A DNA stretch of 52,269 nucleotides from a virus (lineage: Duplodnaviria > Caudoviricetes). Position 1 is the first letter of the stretch, and the number at the start of each line of letters is the position of its first letter. Of this stretch, positions 34,873-46,444 are shown one piece after another. The notes beneath the pieces were generated by a model. The model was not told where the DNA came from. It ran no database searches and saw only the letters and a list, made by a program, of their open reading frames with translations. The position numbers were made by a program, and so were the translations under genes. The DNA lies in IMG/VR virus record IMGVR_UViG_3300008448_000122, positions 1 through 52,269 of that record. One strand, given 5' to 3'.

Positions 34873-37800
34873 TGGTAAACAAATCATACTTAAATGACCA
34901 GACATACTACAAGTCCAATTACTCTAAAGCCTTAGAATATATTGTTCCAAAGTATTTAATTTATGATGATTTAAATAAGTTTGGTCAAGCAATTGATTTA
35001 AAAGATCAAATAATAAATTCTCATATTGATGTAGCAAATAATATATCATCAATATTAAATATATCTTCTATCCCTGGAACTGTATTCAGTTCAATCAATT
35101 CATTTCAAGGGATCTCTAAATATTTTATAAAACAAAATAGACTTTCTGAAATAACAGCGGAATCTTTTTACAGGGAGATATTAGACAGAGTTGATGTAGA
35201 CTATTCTGATTTTGATTCTAGTGGAGACTTTAAAAGCTATCTTGATGTAACTCTGCTACCTTCAATAAGACTCAATTATCCAAGCTTATACTTTTCAAAC
35301 GGTGATAGTTTCTCTGCAACACATACTTACTTAATAGATAATCTTTCTTGGCTTTACTTCTTAAATACTTCAGGTCCTATAACAAATATCTATTCTGAAT
35401 TATCTGATCTAATAGCTTCTAATTTATATTTTGGAAATTCGATAAGTATCAATGACTGCATAAAACTTCTTACACAGTTTCTTTGGAAGAACAATTTAAC
35501 CAACTACTATCCTTCAACTTTTCTTAGCTCTACAGGAGAGTATGTTAGTGGAACTCAACAATTAGAAAAGCTAAAGACTTGGATAGATATTGTCTATTCA
35601 CCCCTTTATGCTGATAGATCTGATTATACTGTCAAAGACCGTTTTGATCTGTTTAGAGATAATACTCTAAAGATTAAAAATAAAGTTCCTAATGGGCCAT
35701 TCCATAAACTACTTCAAATAATATCATTAGCTGCATTTGATATAAACGATGGAACTGAGAAACTGAAGTCATTGAATGATATTGAAGAGTGTCCAGAGGA
35801 ATACTTACCTCTACTAGCTGATTTAATTGGCTGGAAGTTATTTGGATCTAATCCAGAGAGATGGAGACTTCAGTTAAGAAATGCAGTAAGTGTTTATAAG
35901 AAGGCAGGAACTAAAAAGTCTATCCAGTTTGCTCTAAATAGCGTATTCCCAAAGGACGTTTTTAGTATAGAATCAAAGCTAAATGAGCTTTGGGAATCCT
36001 ATGTTCCATATCTAATTTATTACTCTTTGGCAACTGAGTCCCCTTACTTTAAATCAAATGATACTTGGACCAGAGAGTTGTCTGAACAATTAGAGGTAGG
36101 TTATTACTCTTACTCAAGTATAGATGAAAATATTAGATTAGCTACAGATAGAATTATTTACGAAGTAAAAAATGTTTCATCTCTATCTGGATCTTTTAAT
36201 TTCCCATCTAATCTTTCTAGTTTTAATTATAGAGGAAGAGATTATTCAATACCACCATTTGAAGAATATCCTTATTATGTAAATGTTGAAATAGATGAGG
36301 AGATGGTAGATACAATTGTAGATAGACTTGTTTGCTTTGGAGTTAGTAAATCTTTTGCCAACAAAGTTGGGCAATACATAAAGTCCAATACTCTAAATGT
36401 TGATGACATAGCTAGATCAAATAGCTGGCTATTTTTCACTTCTGGATACAATGAGCCACCAAATATTTCAGATATAGTTTCAACTTTAAATAGCAAAAAA
36501 TTTGAGTATGTCTCATTGTGGTCAGGTAAGTCATCTCACTTCAGATTAGATCTTCAAGCTTCGGATTTTGATTTTAGTAACAAAGATGAAAAAGAGGACA
36601 CGGGGGACGCTCCACAGATAGCTTCTCAAATCGTAAATGAATTTGCCCCAGCCCATGCGATACCACTTATAAATTTAAACTTATCAGCTATTGATTACAC
36701 AGACTCAGATATTTCATTATTTCAAAAAATAGCTTTAGATAAATCAGAGTTGTCTGAAAATGTAAATTCAATCTCAAACCATCAGATTTCTGCTTTGTAT
36801 GTAAGTTCATATAAAAGAAATACAAGCTCTGGGTATGATCTCCAAAGAAAAGACCTACAAACTTTACAATCTTCATTATTAAAAAATGGAACAACTATCA
36901 CTAATGTTCCTAGAAATACAATAAGAAGAAGGTCATATGAAAAGATTGCTCCATCACATGGTTATTATGATAGAACTGGATTTAATATGCCAGTATCTTT
37001 TGACCCATCATCCTCTCTATCTGGAATAGTTCTTGGATTTATCCCTAGCTCATTATCTTATCAAAAAATAATTAACTATTCAAGCATACCAGAAGTTTAC
37101 TCAATTTGCCACGATATAAAATCTCCTTCATCTTTTTACGGCTATGCTGCCAGTTCAACCATTAAGTGTAGAGGTCATGTAAGTTTAACTTATAATGATT
37201 ATTATATAGACAGAGGCCAACTAGATCCAATTTATGCTACGATGCATGATATAATTGAGAAAAGAAAAATATATGAGGCATCATCAAACTATCCTGTACC
37301 TAATGTATCATCAACATCAGTATATCAAAATTATTTGAGAGAGACTAAATGGAAAAATATTTATCAAAGCTATGCTAACTCAGCTACAGAAGTTAGTGGG
37401 TGGGGCATTAACTCTGTAGAAAATTACTACAGTTTTAGATTTGGTAACGATTTGCATAAATTATATAACACTTATACAAAAGAGTTTAATAGGCATAGGC
37501 TTGCAGAGGATCTTTATTATCTTGATGGAGCTAACATATTCTCCCACACCTATGGCCCAATACTATACAATCATGATTTAAATTACTTAGGATCTTCTAA
37601 TTTAGTAATTAGTTCATTAACTTCCTATGATAATACTCTGAGCAAAGATAATATATTTGCGTCAGCTAATCAAAGCAGTGGTGTTTATTCTTCAGTAGCA
37701 GTATTTGATAGTGGTTACGATCTTTACAATTCTTCAATTGTAGATGGAGTTGATCTAGTGTCGCTTTCTGGATCGGTTAATACTAATTATTTTGGAATAA

Positions 37801-38789
37801 TAAAAATACCATTCTCTGAGAAGAAGAAAAACTCTTCTGATTATATGTTCAATAGAACATTTGTAAAGATGGATTCAGCGGGTGGAAGTCCATATAATCA
37901 AAGATTAAGATTTGATATAAGTAGAAAGAACTTAGATCCAAACTTAGGATATCCAATACAAAATAACTTCCTATTACCAGAGCATGAATTCAAACTAAAT
38001 CTAAAAGGAATTATTCTAAACACTAATGGTACAGAGAGTGGGGGATCAATAGGAGTTTGGATTCATACTCAAGTAGAAGATGGAAAGTATTGGTCTTTCG
38101 ATGTTGACGGTAATTGGACTCAGCACTCAGTTACTGGCTTGAATGGAATCTACTTCCCAGATAGATCACGGTATATTCATTCTTTAAACACGCCAGAAGT
38201 TAATAGACAATTTACAAGTGGCACTGAATCTAGATTTAAATGCATTGACGTTATTACCGACCAATCAAATTCAGTTGCTCCAATATACAACTTGGAACAG
38301 GATGATTTCTATAATTTAAATTTAATATTTAATACTTACAACAATTATTGTGGCCTTGGGGAAAACAAGGGTATAATAACTGATAGAAATTATGGCCTAT
38401 CATATGGTCAAGTACATAGAAAGAATCAAAAGTATTTTATAGAAATATTCTCTTTTGCTACTAATGACAGATATCTCCTATTAGATGAAGTAACTTTAAT
38501 TGATTCCACTATGAATGAAATGGCTAAAACACCGGCTATATTTAGTGCTTGCCCACAACCAAAAATTGAACTCTCAAAAGATCAACTTTATAGTTTGTTT
38601 ACATTCTGGAACGACATAGCTGGAAAGAATCATAAATATGGATATGCTAGCAGGGATGCTATGGAGACAAGCGGTGTGATGTATTCTCAAGGTGGATCAA
38701 AACTAGACTACAGAGTAAATACAATGTGGTTTGACAGAACTTATAGCAGTGGGGGTGCAACATTATCCTCCATAGAAGTGACGGTTTAA
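34872..38789 (+). CDS. Large baseplate wedge protein (gp7 / P2 gpI-like core)
   Basis: DIEECPEEYLPLLADLIGW, YKKAGTKKSI, F.PAHA; follows gp6. Confidence 0.8.
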   Translation: MVNKSYLNDQTYYKSNYSKALEYIVPKYLIYDDLNKFGQAIDLKDQIINSHIDVANNISSILNISSIPGTVFSSINSFQGISKYFIKQNRLSEITAESFYREILDRVDVDYSDFDSSGDFKSYLDVTLLPSIRLNYPSLYFSNGDSFSATHTYLIDNLSWLYFLNTSGPITNIYSELSDLIASNLYFGNSISINDCIKLLTQFLWKNNLTNYYPSTFLSSTGEYVSGTQQLEKLKTWIDIVYSPLYADRSDYTVKDRFDLFRDNTLKIKNKVPNGPFHKLLQIISLAAFDINDGTEKLKSLNDIEECPEEYLPLLADLIGWKLFGSNPERWRLQLRNAVSVYKKAGTKKSIQFALNSVFPKDVFSIESKLNELWESYVPYLIYYSLATESPYFKSNDTWTRELSEQLEVGYYSYSSIDENIRLATDRIIYEVKNVSSLSGSFNFPSNLSSFNYRGRDYSIPPFEEYPYYVNVEIDEEMVDTIVDRLVCFGVSKSFANKVGQYIKSNTLNVDDIARSNSWLFFTSGYNEPPNISDIVSTLNSKKFEYVSLWSGKSSHFRLDLQASDFDFSNKDEKEDTGDAPQIASQIVNEFAPAHAIPLINLNLSAIDYTDSDISLFQKIALDKSELSENVNSISNHQISALYVSSYKRNTSSGYDLQRKDLQTLQSSLLKNGTTITNVPRNTIRRRSYEKIAPSHGYYDRTGFNMPVSFDPSSSLSGIVLGFIPSSLSYQKIINYSSIPEVYSICHDIKSPSSFYGYAASSTIKCRGHVSLTYNDYYIDRGQLDPIYATMHDIIEKRKIYEASSNYPVPNVSSTSVYQNYLRETKWKNIYQSYANSATEVSGWGINSVENYYSFRFGNDLHKLYNTYTKEFNRHRLAEDLYYLDGANIFSHTYGPILYNHDLNYLGSSNLVISSLTSYDNTLSKDNIFASANQSSGVYSSVAVFDSGYDLYNSSIVDGVDLVSLSGSVNTNYFGIIKIPFSEKKKNSSDYMFNRTFVKMDSAGGSPYNQRLRFDISRKNLDPNLGYPIQNNFLLPEHEFKLNLKGIILNTNGTESGGSIGVWIHTQVEDGKYWSFDVDGNWTQHSVTGLNGIYFPDRSRYIHSLNTPEVNRQFTSGTESRFKCIDVITDQSNSVAPIYNLEQDDFYNLNLIFNTYNNYCGLGENKGIITDRNYGLSYGQVHRKNQKYFIEIFSFATNDRYLLLDEVTLIDSTMNEMAKTPAIFSACPQPKIELSKDQLYSLFTFWNDIAGKNHKYGYASRDAMETSGVMYSQGGSKLDYRVNTMWFDRTYSSGGATLSSIEVTV

Positions 38790-38790
38790 T

Positions 38791-39840
38791 ATGTTTACTC
38801 AAGGATTTGCAGAAGTAATAACTGATATACTGACCGTCAATCCGGCAATAAGAACTATTCCATCTGCTAGTGCAATATTAGATACTTCAAACTATACATT
38901 CAATGCTGTTACTTTTGGTAAAGACGATGTGGGATTTCTTTACCATGCTCATGCCTTATCCAGTATAGATGAATATTGGCCGCCATTTTTAGATCTTTAT
39001 CCATACAAAGCAAACAGTGGTCATATTATAGCGATTCGGGGAAACTCTACATCACCTTCATCATACCATTCTTCTGCCACTCATTTACTTCTATCCTCAA
39101 TTTATAATTCTGTACCTAATTACCCATCAATTTACGATAATAGATTGGAAAGAGGGAATGCTTTAACTGAAGTACAATATGGTATTTCCGCGATTTCTCT
39201 AGCCCTTTCTTTAGGAGAAAATCCTATTTTAAGTTACACACCTGGGGACCCAGCCTTAGTTGTGTCATCCAATATCGGTCATTATATTAATGCAATAGTA
39301 CATGACAATTTACTCTATAGCTCGTTGTGGAATGTGATAGGGGGGTATCCGCCTTCAGGTCAAGTTTCTAAATATTTATTATTTGATAATAATGGATCAT
39401 TTGTTTTAAGTGGAAATCTTAGCGGAGTATTTAATTCTAAGCAAATAGTAGATAAGCTTGGATTCATTAAGATAAATGAAGCCATAAATGTAACAAGCGT
39501 TTCTGGCGGTCCCTACATTACCAGCGGTTCAGGGTTCCCGTCAAATCCAGGAGTTATACTTGGAGTTAAATTAGAGAAGGGGGATGCAGTAGCTCTTGCA
39601 CTGTTCGGGGGAGTAAAACATATTGGAGTATGGTGTCTAGATTTAAAACAGATGTTAAAATCAGGCTTAAATCCTCCATACACTTGGAATTATCTAAATA
39701 ACAATAGGAAATATAAGCTAGTAGCTAAGGTAACTTTCTGGGATGATTTATTATATAATCAAGATCTTGGAAGCACCCCTGGCCTAAGTTTGTTAGATAC
39801 TAATGGAGTCTTAACAAAATTAAAGTTTAATTTTAAATAA
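38791..39840 (+). CDS. Hypothetical baseplate/tail protein (349 aa)
   Basis: Operon position; composition. Confidence 0.65.
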   Translation: MFTQGFAEVITDILTVNPAIRTIPSASAILDTSNYTFNAVTFGKDDVGFLYHAHALSSIDEYWPPFLDLYPYKANSGHIIAIRGNSTSPSSYHSSATHLLLSSIYNSVPNYPSIYDNRLERGNALTEVQYGISAISLALSLGENPILSYTPGDPALVVSSNIGHYINAIVHDNLLYSSLWNVIGGYPPSGQVSKYLLFDNNGSFVLSGNLSGVFNSKQIVDKLGFIKINEAINVTSVSGGPYITSGSGFPSNPGVILGVKLEKGDAVALALFGGVKHIGVWCLDLKQMLKSGLNPPYTWNYLNNNRKYKLVAKVTFWDDLLYNQDLGSTPGLSLLDTNGVLTKLKFNFK

Positions 39841-39841
39841 A

Positions 39842-40462
39842 ATGGAAAAATCATTCGCAGACAGTCTCAATATGAAGGGTCACTTAACCATCAGTAAAGT
39901 TTCTGGTGGAAGTGAAGAAATCATATTTGATGAGAAGAACGTAATCGTATCAGGATTTGGATACGGACTGGCTTATCTATTCTCTAGATTAGGATCAACT
40001 AATATTGCAGACTTTCAGATTGATAGATTCCAATTAGGAACTGCTGGTAGCCTAGCTAATCAAGTAAGCTCAACCTATCAACTATCCAGCCCCCTTAGTA
40101 GTTTAGCTGAATATATAGGGACTACAGGAGATAGTAATCTATTTGCTTTCTCCTCAATACAAATAAAGAATGGAACTCAATCAACCTCCCCAACTCCATT
40201 CTTTGCTAAAATTCCATTTACTAAAGTTACAAAAGTCGATGATAGGACAGTAAGATATACTATATTTGTAGATGAGGATTCCTGTAATAATGTTTCGAGA
40301 TCAGGATCAGATGCTAATCTAAATGAGATTGGACTTTTTATGAAGAATCCATTAGGAACTGCAACTGATGCTTCTATTCTTGTAGCATATAAATACTTTA
40401 GTAACATCAGAAAGACTGATGATTTTGGATTGATTTTTAGATGGACTATATCACTCGGATAA
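39842..40462 (+). CDS. Baseplate/tail-fibre attachment protein
   Basis: KN.IV..G, LNEIGLF, AYKYF..I.KT.DF.L.FRWTI pattern. Confidence 0.7.
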   Translation: MEKSFADSLNMKGHLTISKVSGGSEEIIFDEKNVIVSGFGYGLAYLFSRLGSTNIADFQIDRFQLGTAGSLANQVSSTYQLSSPLSSLAEYIGTTGDSNLFAFSSIQIKNGTQSTSPTPFFAKIPFTKVTKVDDRTVRYTIFVDEDSCNNVSRSGSDANLNEIGLFMKNPLGTATDASILVAYKYFSNIRKTDDFGLIFRWTISLG

Positions 40463-40465
40463 CCC

Positions 40466-43400
40466 ATGTTTAACCCAAACGATCTCTATACCACTTTAGG
40501 TTCTAACAAACTTCAGGCTTGTTGGACAAATCTTGTTACTAAGTTTGATACTAGTTCATTCTATAACTGGGAACAAGACAATCTTCCTATTTACGATTTA
40601 GATGAGAGAACTGCCTTTCTATGGGAAAGATTTGGGCATCCAACATCATCAGTAAATGGTGTGGCTTTAGTTGTATCTGCTGATGCCAATCCTGCAAATT
40701 GCAATACAAATATATTTAAAACTCTTAGTGGTTGTTTAAATGCAATCCCAGAAGTTATTAATTATCCAATAGTAGTTGAAGTTGCTAGCTTTGGAAATCT
40801 TGGAAATCTTTCTCTATCAAATAAAGTTTTTGGACCAAGAGGTTCAATAGAAATTATCAATAGAAATTATTCTAGAGTTAACTCTCTTATTGAATATGGT
40901 ACAAGTATTGAAAATTCTTTTGAGTATGTTGACTCAACTAGAAATGACTATCTTGCCTCCTCAGTTTCATCGTTAAATTATTTAGGATTATTTAATTTAG
41001 ATAGTATTCAAAAAGGTTTTATATCTGCCAGTGCCTTAGGTGCTGGATCTGCGGCAGTTTTTAGTAGCGTTACAGATTCAAGACTTTTAAACAATCTGAC
41101 TCTATTTACAAGAAAGCCTCAGATAACATATAATCAAAGATTAACAGCAGCCCTAGCCGCTAAGAATAGTGTAAGTGCCTGGACTGGAACAAGCCAACGA
41201 GTATCATTTAATGCCTACGAAAAGAATGCCGAAAGCTGGGATTCTTTAGATACTTATGATGCTTCTACTATAAATGAGATATCTAACTCAGTAATAAATT
41301 GGGGAGACAACGGTGTTAGACTTACTCAACCTATAGCTTATGGCAATAGATTACAATCTATAAAAGTTTATAATTGTGATGGGCCAATTTATATCAGAGG
41401 ATTTACTGTAGATGGTTCTGGGTATGGTGGAAGAGAGTACGGGATAGATGTTAGAAATTCTACAATAAATCTAGATGATTGTTCAGTAGCTAGATGTACT
41501 AAAGCTGGTCTTTATGCTGTCAACTCTAAAGTTCAATTAATTAGAAGTTTTATTGGATACAGAAATTATGCTTTCAATTCTGCTGGCACTAGAAATGATG
41601 TTTCTTGGACAACAAAAATAAATGGTGGTAGTAATGTTGTAAATAGAGATAATGTTAAAGCTGCTGGGATACTTGCATTAAACAGTGAGATAAAATTAAA
41701 CTCAGATCAGAATAGATTTAATACTTTACTAACTCAAGATTATTCTACTCTTACTGGCGGCTTTGCAACAACAGTATCTGGATATAATGCATTTGATAGT
41801 TTAATATGCTTGTCAAGAAATGATATTGGAATTGAATTAATAAATTCTAAATTAATTGGTGGACAGAGAGAACAAAATTTAGGATATGGTGATCCTTATT
41901 ATGGTGCTCAACAAGCTTTTATTGAATTAAACACTGAGGTTGGATTAAAGTTAGATAACAGTAAGTTTGATTATAGTGGTAGATTATTTTTAATAGGAAA
42001 CTTTAAGGGATTAGATGCAGTTCAATCAGAAATACTTTTAGATATATTAGAAGCCTCAAACAATCAGAAAGAAGCTATTAAACTTGAGAATAGTAAACTG
42101 AACTACAATAAAGAACTCTATCTCCCAGACACAACTGGCGATGGAAATAATATTTTATTGAAGTCTAATGGTACACATTTAAAGTTAATAAATTCTGTAG
42201 TCGAGCCAACCGATACGTCAGGTTATTACAACTACTATAGAAATGTAATTGCTTCAGGATCTTTTGGAACAACTCAACTTTTATCTGATCAAAGAGGTAT
42301 TCTACCTTCAATAGTTGTTGATTCAAATTCAAAGCTTAGATTGATTGGTGCTCAAATAACAAATCCATCAAGCTTCTGTGATGATGAGAAGTCTATATTT
42401 GGTGCAGCTTTCCATGTCAATGATAACTCACAGTTAATATTACAAGGTACAAGCTCTTATGCTACAAAGATCATTGGGCCAGATGGATTTGCCTATCAAA
42501 ATAATAAAGCTGGCTTGTACGCAAATAATAACTCAACCATAAAGATTCAAGGTCCGACCGTAATAGCTAAGTATGGCGTTGACGTTCTTTGTGACAACAA
42601 TTCTAACCTAGAGGTAACTCCACCAAAGAAAGTCGATGGCACTATAGATGTACAAGGATTTAATCTTTCAGGCCCAAGATCTCATACTTCTGTAGAGCTT
42701 CATTCAACTAGAGCTTGTCTCGTTGCTAATAATAATTCTGTTATTTCAATGAAGGATGTTGGAAGCTATCTTCCTTATTGGAATACTGGAGCTTATGGGT
42801 CCAGCATACTTCTAAGTGGAATGAATTATCCTATTGATTCAACTGGATTAAACTACGCTCAATATACAAGTGGTGGTTTCATACAGTTCTATCCAAATCC
42901 AAACGACTCTGCTGCTTATGGGACAGGAAATCCTGGAAGGGATACTCCAACAATTCCTGGAGCTGTTAACTTTAGTAGAAATGCTTTTGATTATAATTAT
43001 TTCCTAACTAGTATTATTGGAGATAAAGATAGCAATCAAAATTTCTCTGGGGTAACAGTAGGAGGAATGTGTGTAAGAGCCTTGAATGGTTCAAAGGTTG
43101 ATCTTGATAACGTACACTTCCCCTGTGGATGGCCTAATCCATCAGGAATAATCTATGAGTATAGTGGTCCTGAAGGAGTATGTTCAAGATTGTTTATATG
43201 GAACATTGCCGATCTATCACAATTAAATGCTAGATACATAACGGTAAGCGGATCACACCCAGCAGATGCCGCTTACTTTGGACCAAGCGGAACATATGGA
43301 TCTTTAAGCGGTGCGCCAGCAGGCACCCCAGATACAGGCTCTGTATCAATTTTAGATACTTATGGAAGAGCTACTAATCACCTTTACGGAAATTCAAGTG

Positions 43401-43858
43401 GCACAAATCAAGGTCCATTCAGATTATACTTCTCAGTTAATCCAGCTATAAACTGGGCCAAGTCTAACTCTACGACTGGCATAGATGGATTCATACCACA
43501 AATTTATGCTCAAGGTTACCAGTTCTCAGGCAACATGAATTTCCCTGGATCTGTAACTTCAGTGTATAAATCAATACTGCAAACAAGTTCAACGATAGTA
43601 AATACTTCTGGTTTCTATTATGCATCAGCGATTGTCGCAAGCCCAAATACAATCAGAGTTTTACTTGATGATTCTGCTGCAAACGCTTTTGCAAATGCGA
43701 AACATAATTCAACTGGAAAGTCTGGATTAGCTAGAGTTGTTGATTTCTACTTCCCGTTCACTGGTCAGTTTGGAGGAGACTCACTTGCAGATTCAGTTAA
43801 GAATAGAGGTAAGGGAGTGAAGTCAGTCAACACATTTGATCTGGAGAAGAATAACTAA
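40466..43858 (+). CDS. Tailspike-like protein with probable parallel beta-helix
   Basis: Repeated G(I/L).(L/A).NS.(I/V) rungs; N/S/G-rich. Confidence 0.72.
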   Translation: MFNPNDLYTTLGSNKLQACWTNLVTKFDTSSFYNWEQDNLPIYDLDERTAFLWERFGHPTSSVNGVALVVSADANPANCNTNIFKTLSGCLNAIPEVINYPIVVEVASFGNLGNLSLSNKVFGPRGSIEIINRNYSRVNSLIEYGTSIENSFEYVDSTRNDYLASSVSSLNYLGLFNLDSIQKGFISASALGAGSAAVFSSVTDSRLLNNLTLFTRKPQITYNQRLTAALAAKNSVSAWTGTSQRVSFNAYEKNAESWDSLDTYDASTINEISNSVINWGDNGVRLTQPIAYGNRLQSIKVYNCDGPIYIRGFTVDGSGYGGREYGIDVRNSTINLDDCSVARCTKAGLYAVNSKVQLIRSFIGYRNYAFNSAGTRNDVSWTTKINGGSNVVNRDNVKAAGILALNSEIKLNSDQNRFNTLLTQDYSTLTGGFATTVSGYNAFDSLICLSRNDIGIELINSKLIGGQREQNLGYGDPYYGAQQAFIELNTEVGLKLDNSKFDYSGRLFLIGNFKGLDAVQSEILLDILEASNNQKEAIKLENSKLNYNKELYLPDTTGDGNNILLKSNGTHLKLINSVVEPTDTSGYYNYYRNVIASGSFGTTQLLSDQRGILPSIVVDSNSKLRLIGAQITNPSSFCDDEKSIFGAAFHVNDNSQLILQGTSSYATKIIGPDGFAYQNNKAGLYANNNSTIKIQGPTVIAKYGVDVLCDNNSNLEVTPPKKVDGTIDVQGFNLSGPRSHTSVELHSTRACLVANNNSVISMKDVGSYLPYWNTGAYGSSILLSGMNYPIDSTGLNYAQYTSGGFIQFYPNPNDSAAYGTGNPGRDTPTIPGAVNFSRNAFDYNYFLTSIIGDKDSNQNFSGVTVGGMCVRALNGSKVDLDNVHFPCGWPNPSGIIYEYSGPEGVCSRLFIWNIADLSQLNARYITVSGSHPADAAYFGPSGTYGSLSGAPAGTPDTGSVSILDTYGRATNHLYGNSSGTNQGPFRLYFSVNPAINWAKSNSTTGIDGFIPQIYAQGYQFSGNMNFPGSVTSVYKSILQTSSTIVNTSGFYYASAIVASPNTIRVLLDDSAANAFANAKHNSTGKSGLARVVDFYFPFTGQFGGDSLADSVKNRGKGVKSVNTFDLEKNN

Positions 43859-46443
43859 TGTCTACTACTTTTTTTGATTCTGTTTATAAGTACAATGATC
43901 CTGTAAGATATTTTAAGGCTAATGATCCTTACTACTTTGAAGTTGATAACATACCACTAAAGCAGCTTCAAGAGAACTGCAACTTCTTAAAAGATCAAAT
44001 ATCAAAGCTATTAACAGGCGGAACAAGCACAAGTTCTATTACAAGTCTTGGATCTGTAGGAAGAGATAATTTTACAGAACTACAGCCTTACGTTGCTGGG
44101 CTTGATAATAAAGTAAAAGTAAGACCTGGAAGATACACAGCTAGAATAAATGATGCGTATTCAATTCAGCCTTTACAATTCCTAACTCAGGTTGCCGGAT
44201 TTAATGTTGGGGAACTAAAGTCCTTTCAATATGCCAATCAAATAAATTCACTATACAATAGCACTGTTCAAAAGATAAGAAGCACTGTCGCTTCAGATGC
44301 TCTTGGAATGAACGGTCTTTTAGAAAGAACATTTATATATTCTGTAAGAGATATTAGTAGAAAGTCTCCATTCTTAGTTAATACAGGAACTTGCCCAGGA
44401 TATTCAAACAGAGAAAGCAATGATCAATTCAAAGCGTATCCTAATTGGACTGGAGAATTATTTAATGCACTGTCAAATCCAAACGAAGAGTTCTCAGTAA
44501 TATCTCCTTTCTTTGGATCTGTAGGAAGCACAATAGCCACAGGAGAGTTTAGAGATTTACCAAAGCTAGAAACTTTATTTATCAAGAGATGGAGAGGTAT
44601 AACAAGGACTGCAATTGTTAATGTAGAGGAAGAACTAGAGATTGAAATACCGCCATTTAGTGATGATGATTTCTTCTACTACGATGAGAACAATCAGAGA
44701 CAGCCAATAACAGCCAGTCAAAGAATAGACTTAGTATTTATTTATTCTAAGCCAATTGATACGTCTTCGACCACAATTAATAAATTTGAAAATCAGAACG
44801 GCCAAGGTTTCTGTGGAGTAAACAATGGCGTTCCAACTGCTCCAGTAAAAATAAATAAGCCAGTTCTAGGATTGGTTAAAGGTGCTGGTCTTGGCGTAAA
44901 CTACCATTTCATCGCTGGTCCCGGCATTCCTCAACCACTAAACAAGTCTACAACTCAGATAAATGGATCTGATGAGTATCCAATGATCCTTGCTAGCCCT
45001 GCTGATTCTTCAGGGGCCAACATGGGATTTGGAAATATTAAAGGCTCATTCCCCTCACCAGACGATTTGATGAATATTGCTCCTCTTCTAACAGAAGATT
45101 TAGAGCAATCAAGTCCAGCATTGATCGGCCAATCAATAATGCCAGTTGCTTATGTGGTCGTTAGAAAGAATGCTAACGTAAATGAATCCTCAAACAACAT
45201 CATTGAAATAGCGGATCTAATTGACATCAGACCATTCTTTAGAACAACAGAATTAGCTTATAATGAAAGAGCAGGGTTAGCTGCTGCTACTCCACAAGTT
45301 TCTTTAGCTAATCCAGTTGCCACAGAAGGGTATGTTGATTATGTTGCAAAAGCTTTAGATAATAAGATTTCACAAATCACTGGTGTCAATACTCAACAAA
45401 CAAATATTCTAAGTGGCTTGCCAAGAATAATTGGTGCTGGCTATGTAATGGGTGGAACTGCTTACGGTGTTGAAGGAACTCTGAGAGACTTCTTATTAAA
45501 GACTTCTAACCCAAATGCAGTAAACACAGATGTTAGATCTAATTTTGATTATCCATCTAATATACTAATTAATACCAGACCAGACTGGGATTTAGCTACA
45601 TGGCTGTCTGATGGTGATATTACAGGCGGCTCTCCTGGAAGTACAAAGTATGATTGGATAAACTACTCCATAAGCAAGGTTCCAGATGGTTTTGGTATTA
45701 GTGGTTTAAATACTGCGAATGAATTTTTAAGCGATAACTCAACAGCCTACGGACCAATAAGTAATCAAGTAAGAGATTACAATTCTAGCGGAAGACCTCT
45801 AGGATTTGGTACTTGGCCTTCCCATGAAGTTGTAAGTTCTAATGGTGGATATTACACTTTGTATTATGTATCTAAAACTATTAAGATTAATAGGTCCTTG
45901 GTCCCATGGATGGCCGATTATAGAGTTAATGTTAGACTACATAACTGCGTCCCTCTATCCTCTAGAATATTAGCAACAGAAAATAATAATATCTCTAGGT
46001 ATGGTCAAGGAGCAACAATATCAAATGTTTGGGTCTCCAAGAAAAGAATATCCCAAAATGATTTTGAATTTACTATATTTGTTGGATGGACTGCGGATGA
46101 TGTGTTTAGACAAGAAGGAAGCACATTCCTACTTCCAAAGATAGCTAGAGCTAGAAACACAATCGGAAACAACACTCAAAGACCAATAAATTATAATGGC
46201 TTTGCCGTAATAACTAAAGATATGTTAGCCCAAAGAGATATAAATGATGCATACCCATGGGCTAACGGTAGACCAAGCACTACATCTTCAAATTTTAATC
46301 CATCCTATTATAGTTCTGGAGGAAATAAGATTGGTGTTGCGTTATATCCCACTGTAAGTTTTGAAGTTATAGGAATACCAGAAAACTACAATCCAGGACA
46401 GAACTTAAATTCCGCAAATCCATATCTCACAATCATAAGCTAG
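43858..46443 (+). CDS. Hypothetical tail/fibre protein (861 aa)
   Basis: Operon position; DN.PLKQL.EN..FLK and IDIRPF motifs. Confidence 0.68.
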   Translation: MSTTFFDSVYKYNDPVRYFKANDPYYFEVDNIPLKQLQENCNFLKDQISKLLTGGTSTSSITSLGSVGRDNFTELQPYVAGLDNKVKVRPGRYTARINDAYSIQPLQFLTQVAGFNVGELKSFQYANQINSLYNSTVQKIRSTVASDALGMNGLLERTFIYSVRDISRKSPFLVNTGTCPGYSNRESNDQFKAYPNWTGELFNALSNPNEEFSVISPFFGSVGSTIATGEFRDLPKLETLFIKRWRGITRTAIVNVEEELEIEIPPFSDDDFFYYDENNQRQPITASQRIDLVFIYSKPIDTSSTTINKFENQNGQGFCGVNNGVPTAPVKINKPVLGLVKGAGLGVNYHFIAGPGIPQPLNKSTTQINGSDEYPMILASPADSSGANMGFGNIKGSFPSPDDLMNIAPLLTEDLEQSSPALIGQSIMPVAYVVVRKNANVNESSNNIIEIADLIDIRPFFRTTELAYNERAGLAAATPQVSLANPVATEGYVDYVAKALDNKISQITGVNTQQTNILSGLPRIIGAGYVMGGTAYGVEGTLRDFLLKTSNPNAVNTDVRSNFDYPSNILINTRPDWDLATWLSDGDITGGSPGSTKYDWINYSISKVPDGFGISGLNTANEFLSDNSTAYGPISNQVRDYNSSGRPLGFGTWPSHEVVSSNGGYYTLYYVSKTIKINRSLVPWMADYRVNVRLHNCVPLSSRILATENNNISRYGQGATISNVWVSKKRISQNDFEFTIFVGWTADDVFRQEGSTFLLPKIARARNTIGNNTQRPINYNGFAVITKDMLAQRDINDAYPWANGRPSTTSSNFNPSYYSSGGNKIGVALYPTVSFEVIGIPENYNPGQNLNSANPYLTIIS

Positions 46444-46444
46444 T

